A DNA stretch of 64,000 nucleotides, taken from positions 14,198,001-14,262,000 of the forward strand of contig NC_090332.1 of NCBI RefSeq assembly GCF_035084215.1. Reading direction: 5' to 3'. This DNA comes from Heptranchias perlo (Eukaryota). The position numbers and the translations under genes are program-made. Below, one piece after another: positions 11,937-26,900 of the stretch. The first letter of the stretch is position 1, and every line of letters begins with the position of its first letter. The notes beneath the pieces were generated by a model, which did no database searches, was not told where the DNA came from, and was given only the letters and a program-made list of their open reading frames with translations.

Positions 11937-14900
11937 CTGGGGAAATAAAAGCATATGTTTGATGCCTAGTAGTGAACAGAGTGAACCGCCATCAAATTTC
12001 CAAATGGGAAGCTTCTACAATATATAAATCTCTATGGCTAGTATCTAGCCAATGGAAGAATGTGATATCTTGACAAAATAATTAAAATCTAAAGGATGGA
12101 ATCTGATTTTCACAAATAAAATATGTAAATTCAAGTTTTTCAACATTTGTTATACTGAAGTATAAAAATGCAGAGTACAACTTTTGTATGCTTTAGTCAA
12201 AATCACAAGTTATTACTATGGAATCCATAAGTAATACATTTGAAACGTGTCCTTTTGAAATAGAAAATGCTACATGTTCCTACCTAAGTTACTAAACTTC
12301 AAAACTAATTAATTGCCTGGAAAGCACTTAGCTTTTTCTCTTTAATCTGACACATTTTATAAAGGTTAATTACTCCTGTAATCATAATTCAACTAAGTAC
12401 TCCACAGCAATTACTTACTTGCTTTATCTTTGTTTGCCATTGCATTTATGCCAATGTTGTCAAACTTTGATCCTGTATTTTCATCCAGCAGATAACTGAA
12501 CTGTAAAAAGAGGACAAAAACATTTTTTTAAAATCCCAGCTGCATTAAATGATAGCTGTTTTTTCTTCAGTGTTTTACATAATGTTGATTACAAATCAGC
12601 AGAGCAGAGTTATACTAAATACATTGCCTGAACTACAGTCAAGTACAGCAGGACTGTTGTAATCTATTAATCTCACCCTAAGTGAATAATTTATAAAAAG
12701 GACACTACTCACCTCTTCTGCTGCAGCAAACATATTAGAGTCATCCTTAAAACCCTTTTTCTGTTTCTTTCCTGCAACAGTTCATACATTTCAGGTTATT
12801 TAAAAATAACCACTTGACAAAAGCTATCTTTAGTTTCAGTTACAGAAATGGCTGGAATCCACACGTACCTAAAACTCATGAATCTGAAAAATTACAGTTA
12901 AAATTTCTTTTTACACTACACAAAACTGAAAGATCACAAAACAATTTTGCCTTTCCATGTTAGTGTTAGAAAACAGGACACTGTTCTGAGATGTACTAGG
13001 TCAACACAAAAATAAAATATGCAAACTTCAGATTACTTGTCACTTCACAAAAGTCACTGCTTCTCCTACTTGATCTGATAAGGGGGCTAATATAATCTCA
13101 AATTTAATTTACAACTTTACAAATGTAATGGCCCACTATGGGTGTCTTTCTCTTTCAATTACTCGATGTAGGAAAACCAGGCAAGTCAATATTAAAAAGT
13201 TGTGACTGTTCTTTAGCTATTTTAAGAATTCTGATATTTTGTTGCTCTAATCTCTCCTGAAGGTGGTGACTCATGATGAGGTAGAGTTCTATAGATGGCA
13301 GTAACCCCGGTATCTTACCCAAGTTGCGATTCTCCATCTAGGAGTTTAAATGTTGAGTGTCAGTGGGGTATCCAACCATGTGGCCATTACAGCTGAGTGC
13401 AACCCTATCCACACCCAGCATAGGTAACACTCATTCAGTAGGGACTGCTGGACAGTCAGAGTAGCAGCAGTGGTCTTTTAATTCTCCCCCCACCCCGCCC
13501 CGATCCTAACCTGGAAAAGCAGAGGATATTGCAAGTGTCTCCCTCAGTAGATCAACTAATTCATCATTGACTAGGGAAATTGGAGTTCCTTCTCACTGTA
13601 AAGCTCAATGCCAAATCATGTGGTACATTCAGCAAGTTGCGGTTAACATAGAAACCTTCCCAAGGCACTTCGCCGTGATGGAAACAGACTTTGAGCAGAA
13701 GAATATGGGGAGGTGACTGAAGACATGGTCAAAGACATAGATTGTGGGCAGAGCAGTATGGGGAAGGTTAAGGAGAGTTCTAGATGGTTGGGTACAGACA
13801 ATTGAAGACTCCCAACAGAGTTGAATGGGACGTAGGGGAATGCAAAGGAGGCCAGAGTTGGAAGAATGGATGGTGCGCCCTGCTACATAGAACTAGAGGA
13901 GGGTGCAGAGAAGTAGTGTGCGGTGAAGCCATGGGATGATTTATAAATGAAGATCAGGATTTTGAATCAATGTGCTGTAAGATGGGGAGCCAATGGAGGT
14001 TGGTGAAAACAGGAATGATAGGGAAATGAGATTTAAGTGCAATACAGGATGCAGTGGAGTTTTGTACCAGTTAAGAGTTCATATAGGATGAAGCACTGGA
14101 AGCTGACAAGGAGAGATTTGGAGAAGTCAAATCTGGATGTGATAAAGTCATGGATGAGGATTTCAAGGTAGTGGGGTGAGTTAACTCATCTCAGCCAAAA
14201 GAGCATAAGGGCTTCCTGATTAGACAGACTATAATTAGCCATGATTCACACTTCAGATTGCAATCCGGCGACTCTGAGGCCAGGTTGGGGTTCGGCTTTG
14301 ATGCCCCCATACAGTCAAATAGCATGTTGACACTCACCGCCAGGGCTCATGCATAAATAATAATATCTTTACACTTGTGAAACCATAACTTGTATTTCAG
14401 AAGAGAAATTAGAGAGAAAGTAAAAGTACCAGAAACGTTCTTTCAAACTTTAGAATAATCCTAAAAGTACGAGTGTTCTACAAAGCAGACCAGTTGAATA
14501 TATAGAATGTTAATAAATTCCAAAAGTCTTTGTACCTGCAACAAATTTGGCAAAATCCAAGTCTTCACCTTTTTTCCTTTTACCAGATGACTTACTACTT
14601 TTCTTGATCGTTGCTGTACTGTCAGTCTCTGTATATTAACATGAATAGTCATTGTACAATAGTGTTTCTGGTTAAATCATTTTCACTACAAAAAAATCCC
14701 AGTGTGTCTATTGATTGTAACATTGTACAAATATAGTACTCCAAGATGACAAAGCAAAAACAGAAAGTTTGAAGATTTTTTAAAAATGCAAGTTACCTTC
14801 AAATGCTTCCATTTCGTTATCTTCAAGATCTGAAAATAGAATTGGTGTTTAGTGTGTGTATTCTCAACTACTAGTTAATTTTCAACTATTTACTTATCAA

Positions 14901-17900
14901 TGATGAACCAGTTTAATCTATTAAGCATTTATGCAAATCTTTAATGTCCAGTAGTTAAGAAAAGGTACATGAATTTGCGTACCATCAGATACAAGTATAC
15001 AGTTTCTCTATAGTTTATAGAAGTTTGAAGATTTTGATTTAGAAATACTTTACATAGATTCCCTGTGGAGTCCACCTTGTTGATTTTTTAAAAATTTCAA
15101 AATATACTTTATTTCATAGAATTTAAAAGGTACACAGTTCAATGTAAATATCACAATTTGAAACCAGTACAATTCAAACCAAAACACTACAGATCGTACA
15201 CAAAGCGATTTCATTATTACAATTCAAACACAGTATTTCTTATGACTCATGGTGTACAATGCAAGGTGGGGTGGTCTTACACGGTGGCCTTTCCCCATAA
15301 AGCCTTTGCATAGGTCGCCTCAGTGCATCCCGCAGCACGTACTCCTGGACCTTGAAGTGTGCCAGTTGGCAACACTCTGTCGTGGACAGCTCCTTCAGCT
15401 GGAAGACCAGCATGTTTCGGACAGACCAAAGGGCCTCCTTCACCGAGTTGGTGGTCTTCCAGCCGCAGGTGATGTCTGTCTCGGTGTGCATCCTGGGGAA
15501 CAGTCCGTAGAGCACAGCGTCCTGTGTTACCGAACTGTTTGGGATGAACCAGGACAGATACCAACGCATCTCTCTCCACACCCTTTGCGCAAAGGGGCAG
15601 CCCATCAGGAGGCGAATGATGGTCTCCTTTCCACCACAGCCTCGAGGGCAGCTAGCGGTGGCGCTTGTTGAAAGCAGGATAAAAGAAAAAGTATTTGTTT
15701 TATAAATTGAGGTATATTATGCAATATTACAGCAAGTATGAATAGTACCTTCTGTATCATCATCTGGTTCATCCATGAATACACCTCCTCCTCCCATCGC
15801 TTCTCCAAAGTCTTCCTCATCCAAGCTTCCTAGTGACACTTCTTCATCATCCAAATCACCCATATCATCTTCATCCAGGTCTGAATTGGCTTGCTCATCA
15901 ATTCCTTTCACATCTTTGGATGATTTCTGTTTTATATTACTATGAATATAGAAGACATTTGATTTTACAAGTCAGTGGCTTCTTGTTTTTTTGCATTGCA
16001 TTATCTAATAATCAGAACTGCATGGCAGTGAAATAATGAGTGAAACTATCAAAACAATATCCAGATTGTTCTCCCTCTCTGTCCTTTAAGGTATACTAAA
16101 ACACATCTCAATACCTCGTCGTATTCTACAAACATGCCACTAGTTTCTCCCTTTCCCCAGTGATACTGTACTTGTTGCCTTTTTTCTGTATTGTGGATCC
16201 AGTGTCTCCCCAGGCAGTGAGAAATTTAAAATTCATATTTGATTAGCAAATTAGGTAAATAATATAGATTAAATTAAACAAAACTGAAGTGACATTTAAA
16301 TGATAAAATTACAATTACCATGCATATACTTCAGCCTTCTTAAAAACAGAAATTCAGGAGTAGTGCTACTGTTAGCAAGCAGAAAGATAGCTACATAGGA
16401 GGTCAATTTGACAATATTCATTGTGTTCACAGAAACTAAGCCAACAGCAATTTAAGCAGCATTATTATGTTGCATTAGCCATTATAGAGCCCCATTCTGC
16501 AATAACCCACATGCAGACCTCTAATGGCAAAAAGTCATGATTTCCAATCCATTTAGCATGTCCCACTTAATTACATTTTATTTCATTCAATAGTGTACTT
16601 TGTTAACAAATCAATATTTGCCACACTTGATTTTTCTCATGCAAAATAAATCAGACTTGGCATTGAAGTGATCCAAGATATTGCTTTTATAAATCTTAAT
16701 ACGTTCATGGATTGGAAAGTAGCAAATGTAACGCCGCTATTCAAGAAAGGAGGGAGAGAGAAAACAGGGAACTATAGGCCAGTCAGCCTGACATCAGTAG
16801 AAGGGAAAATGCTAGAATCTATTATTAGGGACATGGTAACAGGGCACTTAGAAAATCATAATATGATTAGGCAGAGTCAACACAGTTTTATGAAAGGGAA
16901 ATCGTGTTTGACAAATCTGTTAGAATTTTTTTTTTCAGGGTGTAACTAACAGGATAGATAAGGGGGAAGCAGCAGATGTATATTTGGATTTTCAAAAGGC
17001 ATTCGATAAGATGCCACACAAGAGGTTGTTACAGAAGTTTAGGGCTCATGGGATTGGGGATAATATATTAGCATGGGTTTAAGATTTGTTAATGGACAGA
17101 AAACAGAGTAGGAATAAACGGGTCATTTTCAGGTTGACAGGTTGTAACTAGTGGGGTGCCGCAAGGATCGGTGCTTGGGCCTCAGCTATTTACAATCTTT
17201 ATCAATGACTTAGATGAGGGGACCGAGCGTAATGTATCCAAGTTTGCTGATAATACAAAGCTAGGTGGGAAAGTAAGTCATGAGGAGGACGCAAAAGGAT
17301 GTAGACAGGTTAAGTGATTGGGCAAGAAGGTAGCAGATGGAGGATAATGTGGGGAAATGTGAAATTATCCACTTTGGAAGAATAGAAAAGCTGAATATTT
17401 TTTTAAAAGGTGAGAGACTAGTAAATGTTGGTATTCAGAGGAATTTGGGTGTCCTTGTACACAAATCACAGAAAGTTAACATACAGGTACAGCAAGTAAT
17501 TAAGAAAGCAAATGGTATGTTGGCCTTTATTGCAAGGGGGTTGGAGTATAAGAGTAAGAAAGTCTTGCTGCAATTGTACAGGGCTTTGGTGAGACCACAC
17601 CTGGAGTACGGTGTACAGTTTTGGTCTCCTTATCAAAGGAAGGATATATGTGCCTTGGAGGCGGTGCAACGAAGGTTCACTAGACTGATTCCTGGGATGA
17701 GAGGGTTGTCCTTTGAGGAGAGATTTGAGTAAAATGAGTCTATATTCTCTGGTGTTTAGAAGAATGAGAGGTGATCTCATTAAAATGTATAAAATTCTTA
17801 GAGGGCTTAACAGGGTAGATGCTGAGAGGCTGTTTCCCCTGGCTGGAGTGTCTAGAACTAGGGGTCATAGTCTTGGGATAAGGGGTCGGCCATTTAAGGA

Positions 17901-20900
17901 CTGAGATGAGGAAAAATGTCTTCACTTAGGTTTGTCAATCTTTGGACTTCTCTATCCCAGAGGGCTGTGGATGCTCAGTCGTTGAATATATTCAAAACTG
18001 AGTGCGAAGGATTTTTGGACACTAAGGGAATCAAGGGATATGGGGATAGGGTGGGAACGTGGAGTTGAGGTAGAAGATCAGCCATGATCTTGTTGAATGG
18101 CGGAGCAGGATCGAGGGGCCGTGTGGCTAACTCACGCTCCTATTTCTTATGAGTATTTTAAATCATGATTTTATGGATTTATAAAATTCTGGTAAAATTA
18201 AAAATTGCAGTGAAAACAATTACCATTTATTACAATAAAGCGTTAGGATTGGTCAAGGGTTAAAATCAATATCAAATTTGTTAACACACAAAATTCAAAT
18301 TCCATTAAGTTAAAATGATTTATCGTTATCAAAACTAGGCAGCAAAGGAAGTTTGCTTTCATCCTAATAGTTTCTCTGTTATAAACGACTAACCCAGAGC
18401 AACTACAGGCTCAACTACTTCAAGTATCCAAATGGTACTCATTTTTTAAAAAAAGTAATGGAAGACCTTTAAAATGTGTTTTTAAATAGGTTCAAACTCG
18501 TAAAAAGTAAATTCACAGGATGGTTATAGATAAAGGACATTTCGATACACCTAAATTCATCCATCCAGTAAGATCCTACAGTCCACAACAATATCCTATA
18601 GTCCCCACATTACAGCATCTACTTGTTTCTTTAACGATTCCAAGGTCTTTGCCTCCATTACTCTATCTGCAAGTCTTTAACATACATTGATCACTCTAAG
18701 TGAAGAAGAATTTCCCAAAATAGAACCAAATTTACTTTTTACTAGTTTGAACCCATGATCCCTTGTCCTACTCTCACTATTTACTTTAAAGTAATATTCT
18801 GGTTTACCTTTTCCAGTCCCATAACTATCTTATATACTTCTATAAGATCAACTCTTTTTCCAGGATGATAAACCCATGTTTCTCCAGTCTATACTTGTAA
18901 CTCAGGCGACTAGAGATCAGTCTCATGGCTTGTCTCTGCTCTATCTCCAGTGCTTGAATGCCCCTCTTGTGTCTTAGTGACCAGAACTGGGCATACTATT
19001 CAAGGTGAGGTCTGAACTATACAGTTTGAGCCCAACTTCCTGTGAATTTTTTTCTTCTATTTTGGTTAGTTAATTCAATATTCTAATGGCTCTGCTAACT
19101 GCAGCTGTACATTGGAAGGGCATGTTTAGCATCACATTTACTAATTCATCTGTCTCCTTCAGCTTCATCTGTAGGCATTTTAACATCATTCATGGAGTGC
19201 ATGTATCACCTATTTTTCTTTTCACTGTGCAATACTTTACACTTGACTATTAAATTTTATCTGCCATAGCTTTACATATTTTGTCCAACTTATTCTGTAA
19301 TTTCTGAGCTGCTTCCTCCAATTCCATTGCCCCATCCAATTTGGTATCATCAGTAAATTTGACCACTTGTTCATTATTTCCCCACACTGCAAATTCCTGA
19401 TAGGCCATGCTGTCTGGAAAGTTATTGAATGGCTTGGCACATCCTTGTTAGAAGATGCATCCTCTAGTTTTCCTAACTCAAAGATACTGGCTGGTTACAG
19501 AACAGGGTATGCTGTGGGGAGGCGAGCCAGGAAGAAAATTAATTTTAATTACAGCTTAAAAAATAAAGCAAATACAAAAATGCACCCCTAAAGGATTCTG
19601 AAAACATTTGGCAAAACTTGGTTTCATGATTTTATTTTTCACCTTCTATAGCCACCATGACAAAACAGGATGTGTACATGTTAGGTACACCTTATTCTAA
19701 AGAAATTGTAATACTAAAGTCATGAGCTGCAAATATATATACACACACTTAAAAAAAAAAAGTTTGAAATCCCACAATTTTTTTTTGATGGTTCCCTTCC
19801 CTAGGCTCTTTGGGCTACAACTATGTGGTCAACCTGCTCAAATACTTTCAGCTGGCCACTAGGAGGCACAGAGTTGCTGAAGGATGATTCTGGGAGATGT
19901 CTTATCTCTATCCCTCCAGCAGTGTGGCTAGGACTGGGAACTTAACTGCATAATTGTGGGGGAAAGAAAATCAAAGCAGCATGTTTCAGTATAGGAACAT
20001 AGGAACAGAAGGCAGCCAGTCAGCCCATTAAGCTTGTTCCATCATTCAATTAGATCTGTACCTCAACTCCATTTATCCACCTTTGTTCCATATCCCTTGA
20101 TACCCTTACCTAACAAAAAAAAAATCTATCGCTCTCAGTTCTTGAAAATTTCAATTTACCCAGCATCCACACAGCCTTTTAGGGGAGCAAGTTCCAGATT
20201 TCCACTACGCATTGTGTGAAAAAGTGGTTCCTGATTTCACTCCTAAATAACCTAGAAATAATTTTAAGATTATGCCCACCAGAGGAAATAATTTATCTGT
20301 AGCTACCCTACCAAATCCTGTTAAAATTTTAAACACCTCGCTTAGATCATCTCTCAGCCTTTCAAGCATTTGAAGCATGCAATGAGGTAAATCTTCTACC
20401 CTGAAAAAAAGCAGTTGGCTTTACTTATTGGTTGAAATTGTACAATATAATAAACCTTACCTAGCAAAATCTAGATTGTCATCAATTAATGTTTCAAAGT
20501 ATTTGTCTCCTTCATAGGAATCTGCAATGGCAAAATGCACAAGATAAACATGGCCTAAAATGTTTCATACTTCACATATTACAGTGAAACTCATAACAGT
20601 ACATTAATCATTCTGACAAGAGGAGCTATTGATGACTAACGTTGCCTACCATCATGATTCTACACACTTCCTTAAGCAAAAATCTACTTATCAACTGCAC
20701 ATCAAAATGTTAAAAATTCTTCTTACTATATATTTAAATATCTAGATTAATAATGCTTACCAAGCAGCTGGTCAAACTCATCATCATCCACATCTTCCAC
20801 AGGTTCATTGTCTCTACGGAGTCTTCGTAGTTTCTGCGATGCATTAAGTCTTTTGTAGTATCTGAACAAAGTTAACATGCAATAGATAATTTTAAAGCAA

Positions 20901-23900
20901 GTAATTAGACACTTTAGATATCACATCTGTTAAGTTTCTTGAAATGTTGAGGTCTCTTTAGTTCTGTTGCCGTTGGAATCAAAAAGAAGAATTCAGATTC
21001 AAAACTGATCCTGACCTAGTCCCTGTATTCATCCTAGCCCAGCTGACACTCTAGTTTAAATACCAGCCATATGTTGAAAAATAGCTGCCAAACCTTTGTT
21101 GCACATTGCAGTTAAAGATTCTAATTATTGGAGTTAGAAAAGATCTTATAGAAACTAAATTAACTATACATTCTTAAAATAAAAAGCTTTCTAATCAGAT
21201 CATCTCTATATGCTGTAACATTAAACACCATCAATGTGCACTTCAATGTGGGTAGTCAGGTGCAGTTCACTTCAGTCACTGAATTCTCTAACCATATTCC
21301 AATAACAATTTGCATTTATATAGCATCTTTAACGTAGTAAAACATCCCAAGGCACCTCACAAGAGTGTAATTAGTCAAAACAATTAGCACCGAGCAAGGA
21401 GGAGACATTAGGACAGGTGACCAAAAGCTTGGTCAAAGAGGTAGGAAAGCAACATGGAGAGGTTTAGTGAGGGAATTCCAGAGCTCAGGGCCTACACCAC
21501 CACCTTCTCAAGGGCAATTAGGGATGGGCAATAAATGCTGGCCTCACCAGCAACGCCCACATACCATGAACAAATTTTAAAAACACAGCTGAAGGCACAT
21601 CTGCCAACAGTGGAGCGAAGGAAGTTGGGGATGCACCAGAGGCCAGAACTGGAAGAACTCAGAGTTCTCAGACGGTTGTTGGTTACAGAGACAGGGAGGG
21701 ATGAGGCCATGGAGGGATTTGAAGATATGGTGATGTCAACGTACATGTGGAATCTGCCATATTCTTGGATGTTGCCAAGGGGCAACATGTAGAGGAGAAA
21801 TAAGAGGGGGGGCCAAGGATAGATCCTAGGGTAACTCCAGAGGTAACAGTGCAGGAGCGGTAAGACAAGACATTGCAGGAGATTCTCTAGTTACAACTGG
21901 ATAGATAAGAATGGAACCAGGTGAGGGCAGTCACACTCAGCCAGAAAATGGAACAGAGGCTAAAGGCGGGTCGAGAAGAACGAGGAGGGATAGTGCACCA
22001 TAGTCAGTCTCTTCAACTATACTTCCGGTTTCTCCCCTCTCTCCACCATTGTTCGGTGTCCATTTCTCCTTGTAAAGCACCCAGAGATGTTAGTCTACAT
22101 GAAGAGCTGTATATAAATGTGTGCTGTTGTGTACTAATGATCCTGATCAGTTACATACAATAATTGCACAAATTTTAATAAGGTCCAAATGCCATAATAT
22201 AATCAACTATCTTACCTGTGGAAAAATATTTCATCTACTGGGATCTGGCTCTCCTCCCGTTCAATAAACTTCTGACTATTCACTGTAAACATTATAAACC
22301 ATATCAATATCAACAAGTCCGTCAAGTCTCACTTCAGACCTAGGCTTACAAAGTCATAATTTGAATTTTGGAATTTTTAAAAAAAATCAGAATAAGGACT
22401 CATTTGCCCACTTTGCAAAAAGCACAATTTAGAGAGTTTAGCAATGGATTTAAAGATGAACAAGGTAACAAATACAACATAATGGACTCCTAATGTTTTT
22501 GTATTGCAAGATGCTTTAAAAATAATCCTCCATGCATTTACATTGCTTAATGATAAAAGCATGAAGAAATAATGTATCTTGCTTGGCAGAATCATAGAAT
22601 CATACAGCACAGAAGGAAGCTGTTCAGTCCATCATGCTCGTGCTGGCTCTTTGAAAGAGCTATCCAATTAGTCCCACTCCCCTGCTATTTCCCATAGCCC
22701 TGCAATTTTCCCCCCTCAAGTATTTATCCAACTCCCTTTTGAAAGTAATTATCGAATCTGCTTCCAGAATCCTTTCACGTACTGCATTCCAGATCTTAAT
22801 AACTCGCTGCGTAAAAGAAATTCTCATTTCCCCCCTGGATTTTTTGCCGGTTATCTTAAATCTGTGACCTCTGGTTACTGACCCCTCTGCCACCGGAAAC
22901 AGTTTCTCCCTATTTACCCTATCAAAACCCCTCAACTTTGAACACCTCTATTAAATCTTCCCTTAACTTTCTCTGCTTTAAGGAGAACAATCCCAGCTTC
23001 TCTGGTCTCTCCATGTAACTGAAGTCCCTCATCCTTGGTACCATTCCAGTAAATATCCTCTGCAACCTCCCCAAGACCTTGACATCTTTCCCAAAATGTG
23101 GTGCCCAGAATTGGACACAATACTCCAGATGAGATCTAACCAGTGATTTATAAAGGTTTAGCATAACTGCCTTGCTTTTGTACCCTTTGCCTCTTTTTAT
23201 AAAGCCAAGGATCCCATATGCTTTTTTTTAATAAAAACATCCTTATCAACTCATCCTGCCACCGTCAAAGATTTGTATACGTAAACCCCCAGGTCTCTCT
23301 GTTCCTGCACCCCATTTAAATTGAATTGTAGAATAACTTTAATATGCCCAGTAAATACCCCTATAGGTGACTCAACATTCCAGAACATCACTGTCCCAAA
23401 GCATTGCAAACTTAAAAATTATATTCAATACTTTTGTTGCACTGAATAAGCATACATTAACCCGTCCTGTGTCAGAAACATTATAGGTTTGCCTAAGTTC
23501 TTCTTAACTCTGACGTGGCTGACCATATTTTCTACATTATTCTGCCAAATCCCAAAACGTTTCCAGGCATCCCACCCATTTCTCTTCACAAACTAATGTC
23601 CCAAGCCCAAATTTACAAACAAAAATGTACAAGTCATTCATGAAAAATATGCTTTAGTGGATGTTAGAAAAACATTACTGATAGGACTTGATTTTATGAC
23701 CATATGCTAATATTTTTCCATGCTCCTTTCTCATCTCTGCAATCCACCCCAATCTATAATTACAGTATGGTCAATAATATGGTCTTTCCCCTTCCCTCCT
23801 AAAGGTGGGGAATAGTTTAACCTCTGCCACCATGCCCTAGTGGCCATTTTTTATGTTCCCCAGCTAAAATCAATTAACTCAATACAGATGCGTAATCAAA

Positions 23901-26900
23901 CCTGTAACTTTCTTGATCTGTATCACTCAGTATCCCAACCGACCAAGCTATTGGGGGAGCCAGTTGGTAATCCATCATTAGTAATATGATCTAATCAGCA
24001 GACAATATTGGCAATCACTGGTACAACTGAACTACAGTAAATGGCTTAGTACAAATTAACGTGAAATTATGTTTCTGAGCTATGCTGTGCCAAGTCTTTG
24101 AATGGAAGCTGCAGTAAGGGAAAACAAACATTTCCAAAATGTCTTAGAATTAATACACTAAACTTATAAGGCAGTCAGTGACCACTGTATTCCATTACTT
24201 TCGTTTACTGTTTCGTTTAATTCATTACCTGGCAGGTTGCGCACATCATTCAATAGAAGTTTCTGTTTAGGCTGCATCACAACACTGTCAGTGTTTTCTG
24301 CAAACAATAAAGGCATTTTATCAAAAGATTGTAATTTATGAAAAACAAAGAGTCATACAAAAATGAAGGCCAGGAAAAGACCACATGTTCCATCTAGCCT
24401 CTCCTACACTGTCATGGTGTAACTGCGGTGCACCATGACCAACACCCCAACCACCCAACAGCCAAGCAATCTCCTGGGAGAGGCTAATTTAAGAAAAAAG
24501 TCTGGGAAATTCCTCACTGACTAAAACACAGGTTAAAACACTTGGCTTCCACAGTCTAAAAGAAAAAGAGAATAGGCATTAAGCTTCAAAATAGTAGACC
24601 AACTGGATAAAGTGTTTTGCAAGCACAAATCCTTCAAGCATGTAAACTTTCACAAGACCTGTAAAAATTGATGTGGTATAGTAATAATTTTAAGTCACTA
24701 GAGAGAACTCTACAATTCCCATAATTGCAGACTTTCTGGTGGCAGGAACTGGGCACCGCATTACACACACTCTTGTAAAGTACCTGAGGACAAAATGCTT
24801 AGCACTGGCACAATATGCTCACGAAGAAATTTTCATCCCATTCATTAGTTGTATTGCCTACACAATATCTTTTGTGGTTGCAGGTCAACTTCTACTATAG
24901 ACAAGCTCCATTACTTTCCAGTGTAATCACTTTTATCAATTCTCAGATGGCCATTGCTACAAATACACATCAGATGCAGGACTTGTTCCTGTCTAATTCC
25001 CTATTGGACTTCCCAGTCACCTAGAGAAAAATAGACAGGAAATCAGTGCCATTTGACTATTGCCTTTGTACTACCAGCTGAACTGGTATGTAATGTCAGA
25101 ACTGTTTAGAAGTCCATATTACATTATATAAGATATCTAAAAAAAGAAAAAAAATACTTTCATATAACCACATTCAGATCCAATATTGTATTTTCTAAAG
25201 CACAGCACACAATCAATAGAAATGATTGCTATCTCAACACATCAGGACTTAATCTCAACAGCCAGAATACTGGTCAAATCACCATGCATTTTCCTTAGTG
25301 CTTTGTTAGTATACTTATGGCTTTCCACTTCTTCACTTATAGAAATTTTAAAAATTAGTCTCACTAGTTAGCCTACACATAAACACAAAACCGATTCTAG
25401 TTTATACAACATTCATAATGGGGGTCTGTAGGGTCTTTCTGTAAGGATGAATTAAGATTGAGGACTTCCTCATCAATATGTATCTTGTGACTTTATGGAC
25501 TCAACTACTCATGATTTTCCTGCCAATGTGCAGTCAGGTCCACTCTTACATAAATAAAATCACAGACCAAAGCATGTAGTATCCTTCATTTAATTTACTG
25601 CCAGTCTTTTGAGACCTGGTGATTCAGGTCAGGGAGTCACTATATTAATGATCAACTGATATATGCCAGGGCTTAGTCAGTAAACGTCACTATTGAAATA
25701 AAAATTGGCATAATTTTTGTTCCTGCCCCTGACCTAATGCTGTTTGTCAATATAAGGACACATTTCTAATTTAACTCATGGATCTCCCATGGTGTTGCTC
25801 ATGTTAAGTCACATGATACAAGATGTGATGAGATATTAACAGAAATATGATAAGAGAGCTATTCTATTTAATATACTGTATTGCACAATGCATTATACTG
25901 ATAAGTTGAAGTTAAGTACCTTTGAGATCAGAAAAGTTTAATTGTTAACAAAACAGAGGTTCAGGTTATTCAGAATTTAATTGTTATTTGGTCTGGGACC
26001 TTTTTCCAGATTGGAATGTGTCTGTACATTTCAGGTTCCAAGTCAGAAGCATCTAGTTACTGGTTTTCTTTTAGATCATTCTGAATCTGTAACAAAGCGT
26101 AATGCCTAGGTGTGATGCCCAAAACACATGCTAGATGTAAGATTTTTATAAGCGCTAGCAGATCTCCTGTCACATTGCTCACTGCAAAGTGGATAAGACT
26201 GTTTTATAAGGACAGTAGTGTTATAGCATGCAATACACAATGTATTATTCTGCTGCCGAGATGTCCCTTTAAGGCCACAAAAATTAATTGTAAAGTAAAC
26301 ACAGGTTCAAAAGGTTCATTGAGTTTAATTGTTGTTTGGTCAGGGAACTTTTAAGGTTGGCATGCCTTTGACAGTCTCAGCCTGTAGCTCAGAATGACAT
26401 AGCATTTTAAGACTATTTGTTCTTGAAACTGTAGGTCAGAACTCAGAATGAAATATCTGGGTTTCTTTGTTTTATTTTAGGTGTGATTACTAAGATTATT
26501 TTTGAAGTTATACGGTACACACACTGTAACCACTATGTAAATATGTCTTTTGTGTTAATGAAGGAGATTCTTTATATAATTCCAAATAACTAGCTTGCTT
26601 CTCTTTTTTGTAAAGATTGATAGAAATTTGCAGGAACCAACCAGCTGCAACATAAAAAGCATGTCACCTGAAGGAAATGCACATATGTATCATTATTATA
26701 TTATAGACAGAAAGAGTTATTAGCAAAACAAAGAGTTTGCAACACTTCTAGATTTTTAACATTTAATCTGATCTTTACAGATTGGTTATGTTTACTTTAT
26801 GCCTCTTTTTGCCAATAATAGCTCTCATTCTGGATGCCGATTAACACTGCACTACATGTCACAACTATGTAATCATACATTGAAGGATTAATGTTCGAGA

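Noticed and set aside
15940-16020. Alternative upstream acceptors for CEBPZ exon 12 (16005, 16018)
   Set aside because: Both give in-frame stops; the acceptor at 15940 fits the phase.
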